Below, piece by piece: positions 31,573 through 33,758 of a DNA stretch of 33,758 bases. This DNA is from Octopus bimaculoides. Taxonomy: Eukaryota. The notes beneath the pieces are model-generated. The model searched no databases. It saw only the letters and a list, made by a program, of their open reading frames with translations, and was not told the origin of the DNA. The stretch lies in contig NC_069002.1 in NCBI RefSeq assembly GCF_001194135.2, positions 8,628,670 to 8,662,427 on the forward strand. The letters run 5' to 3'. The translations under genes and the position numbers were made by a program. How positions within the stretch are numbered: position 1 is the first letter of the stretch; every line of letters starts with the position of its first letter.

Positions 31573-31607
<35 letters not shown>

Positions 31608-31638
31608 AGTTTATGTGTGTGTGCATATATATATATAT

Positions 31639-31673
<35 letters not shown>

Positions 31674-31712
31674 TGCATACGCACACATATATATATACAT
31701 ATATACGCATGT
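31275..31712. repeat. (GT)/(CT)/(CA)/(TA)/(GA) microsatellite cluster
   Basis: Directly visible. Confidence 0.95.
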
Positions 31713-33758
31713 CTGAATAATTATACAGGCACGTGTGCATATGCAAGCATCCAGCTAGTCTGTATATTTACATTTTATTACATAGTATCGTATATTCACG
31801 GTAATCTATGATATCACATGATTCCGCAAAACCCAGCAGTTTTTTGTTTTTTTTTTTACATTTTAGTTTTATAGAAAATATGATTATTCAGCACAAGATT
31901 TTTCTCCCCAACCCATAAACCTCGACACTTCACAGCAAGAACATGCCTAACACCTTCATCTTGATTAGTATGAAATCTCCATCGTTATCAGCCTCACCAC
32001 CAAAATGGCTGCCAAGATACAACTGCAAACGACATCCATCCATTATGAAGTCGTACATTAACATATCAGGCACGTAATTCTCTCCAGAAGATATCTCTGA
32101 TTATTTGATGTATTATTAATTAGAAATATTAGGTGATTATGCAATGATTAATACACAGTTAAACACACACATACTCACACGCACAGACACACACAGACAC
32201 ACACATGTGTGATCAAGTATGATTCTCACTCAAAAGATCAGTGTTCATTTCCATGGGACAAGAGATTTCGCACAGTGCATAATTCTGGGTATGTATGCGG
32301 AACAATAAAAGCATGCAAAATTTTTCCGAAGTTCAACATGTTATCAAAATTCTAGCTCCTTTACACTTTTCAGTTCTTATAAATAGAAGAGAACATGTAA
32401 ATATCGGTATGTATGTATGTATGTATGGATGGATGGGCCAAAAGTTACGCAACAAGATTAGAACTCGTAGAAATATTGTAACATAATTGAAACGATAAAT
32501 GCTCTGGTGCGTGACTCTTGGTTCACGTATCACATACATAGACAGAGTGAGAGAGGCAGCGACAGACAGAGGCAGACACAAACAGATAAAAAGAATAATA
32601 TATAGACAGTTATGTATGCATTTAGTTCGATAGACAGATAGATAGACAGACAGACAATGCTTCGTCAATAACATTTGACACCCGGGTATATTTTTAAACC
32701 TGTAAATCATAGTTTCCTCTCAAGTATTGATTAATTCATTCATATAGACGCAGATTCCTTCTCTGACATTTTCATTCCTCTTTTATTCCTTCTCTCCTGC
32801 ACCATCCCTCTTATTCCCGCTCTCTTGAATCTTCCTCTTTTTCTCAGTCACTCACTCATTTATTCACTCTCGCTCTATCTCTCTTACCTTTAGCGATCTT
32901 TCCTTCTTTCTCACTCTCTCTCTCTCTCTCACACACACTTGCTCTCTAGCTGTGTATTCACATATAGAAGTGCCTTTTATTAAAAGGATTTTGGTCTAGT
33001 CCAACGTTATCATGTTCAAGTGAACTTCTGTGTTAACGATAAGTGTATAACATTGTCTTTCGTGACAGTGCACACTGTGAATGCGGAGATTATTTGATGC
33101 GTATCACTCTGTAATAATATCTGACAGGACATGTTTTCTTGACAAAGTAAGGCCAAACTGGTTGTCAGATCAAATTACCATGAGAAAAAGCCCTTCGCTC
33201 ACCGAACTAATGCAGCAGCAAATAGCTTGCTATGCTCGCGCGTGACCGAAATGGTTTCTCCGCAATCAGTGGCATTTAGAAAATGAGCTCTGAGATTGAG
33301 AATAAGGTATGATCAGAAGACTAATATAAATGAAAGGAAGGAAACACATATATACAAACACACACATATATATGTTTGTGTATGTATATATAGATGTGTT
33401 TGTGTGTGTGTATCTGCGTACACATTTGTACCAAAGGTTATTGCTGGCTCACTATAGTTTCATTCGGTCAGGGATTTTATACAAATTGACAAGTCACACA
33501 CACACACATAGAAGCATGAAAGACACACAGACACATATGTGCATGTATATGAATACATGTGTGTGCATTTGTGTGTTTGTGTGTATTTGTGAGTGTGCGT
33601 GTGCTTATAAACAGCTAGGCACAATATATTACCATAAAAGAAAAAAAATTATTGTTGCTAATTGTGATTGAGGGTGCCGAAGCACCTATATTTCGAGAAA
33701 TAAGAGATTAAAACACTTAATTCTGTATGAAACGCACAGTATATATATATATATATAT

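Overview
AT-rich eukaryotic (animal) DNA from a gapped short-read-style assembly. There are ten N-runs, most next to simple repeats. Microsatellites are dense and decayed transposable elements are abundant. I could not support any intact protein-coding gene, RNA gene, CRISPR array or prokaryotic system, and nearly all ORF-track entries are microsatellite, N-run or TE artefacts. The two dominant tRNA-derived SINE families match what I recall from Octopus genomes, so a coleoid cephalopod intron or intergenic region is the inferred source (not verified by search). TE remnants recognised by hand translation: a Tx1/L1-like zf-RVT fragment, a Hero/R2-like REL endonuclease fragment, an internally deleted R4/Dong-like element, two RTE-clade 3' ends, a hAT transposase pseudogene plus a second antisense hAT 3' end, an internally deleted mariner, a mariner MITE and a probable Helitron 3' end. 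The most notable structures are (1) a ~424-bp, ~90% identical inverted repeat (23553-23976 / 25648-26070) enclosing two mariner derivatives, (2) a possibly chimeric hAT with two outward-facing transposase 3' ends under matching TIRs (19994-22445), and (3) a three-copy local ~200-600-bp repeat with one inverted pair and a splice-donor-like site. None of these demonstrates a new biological system; they are leads. All identities and coordinates are hand estimates.
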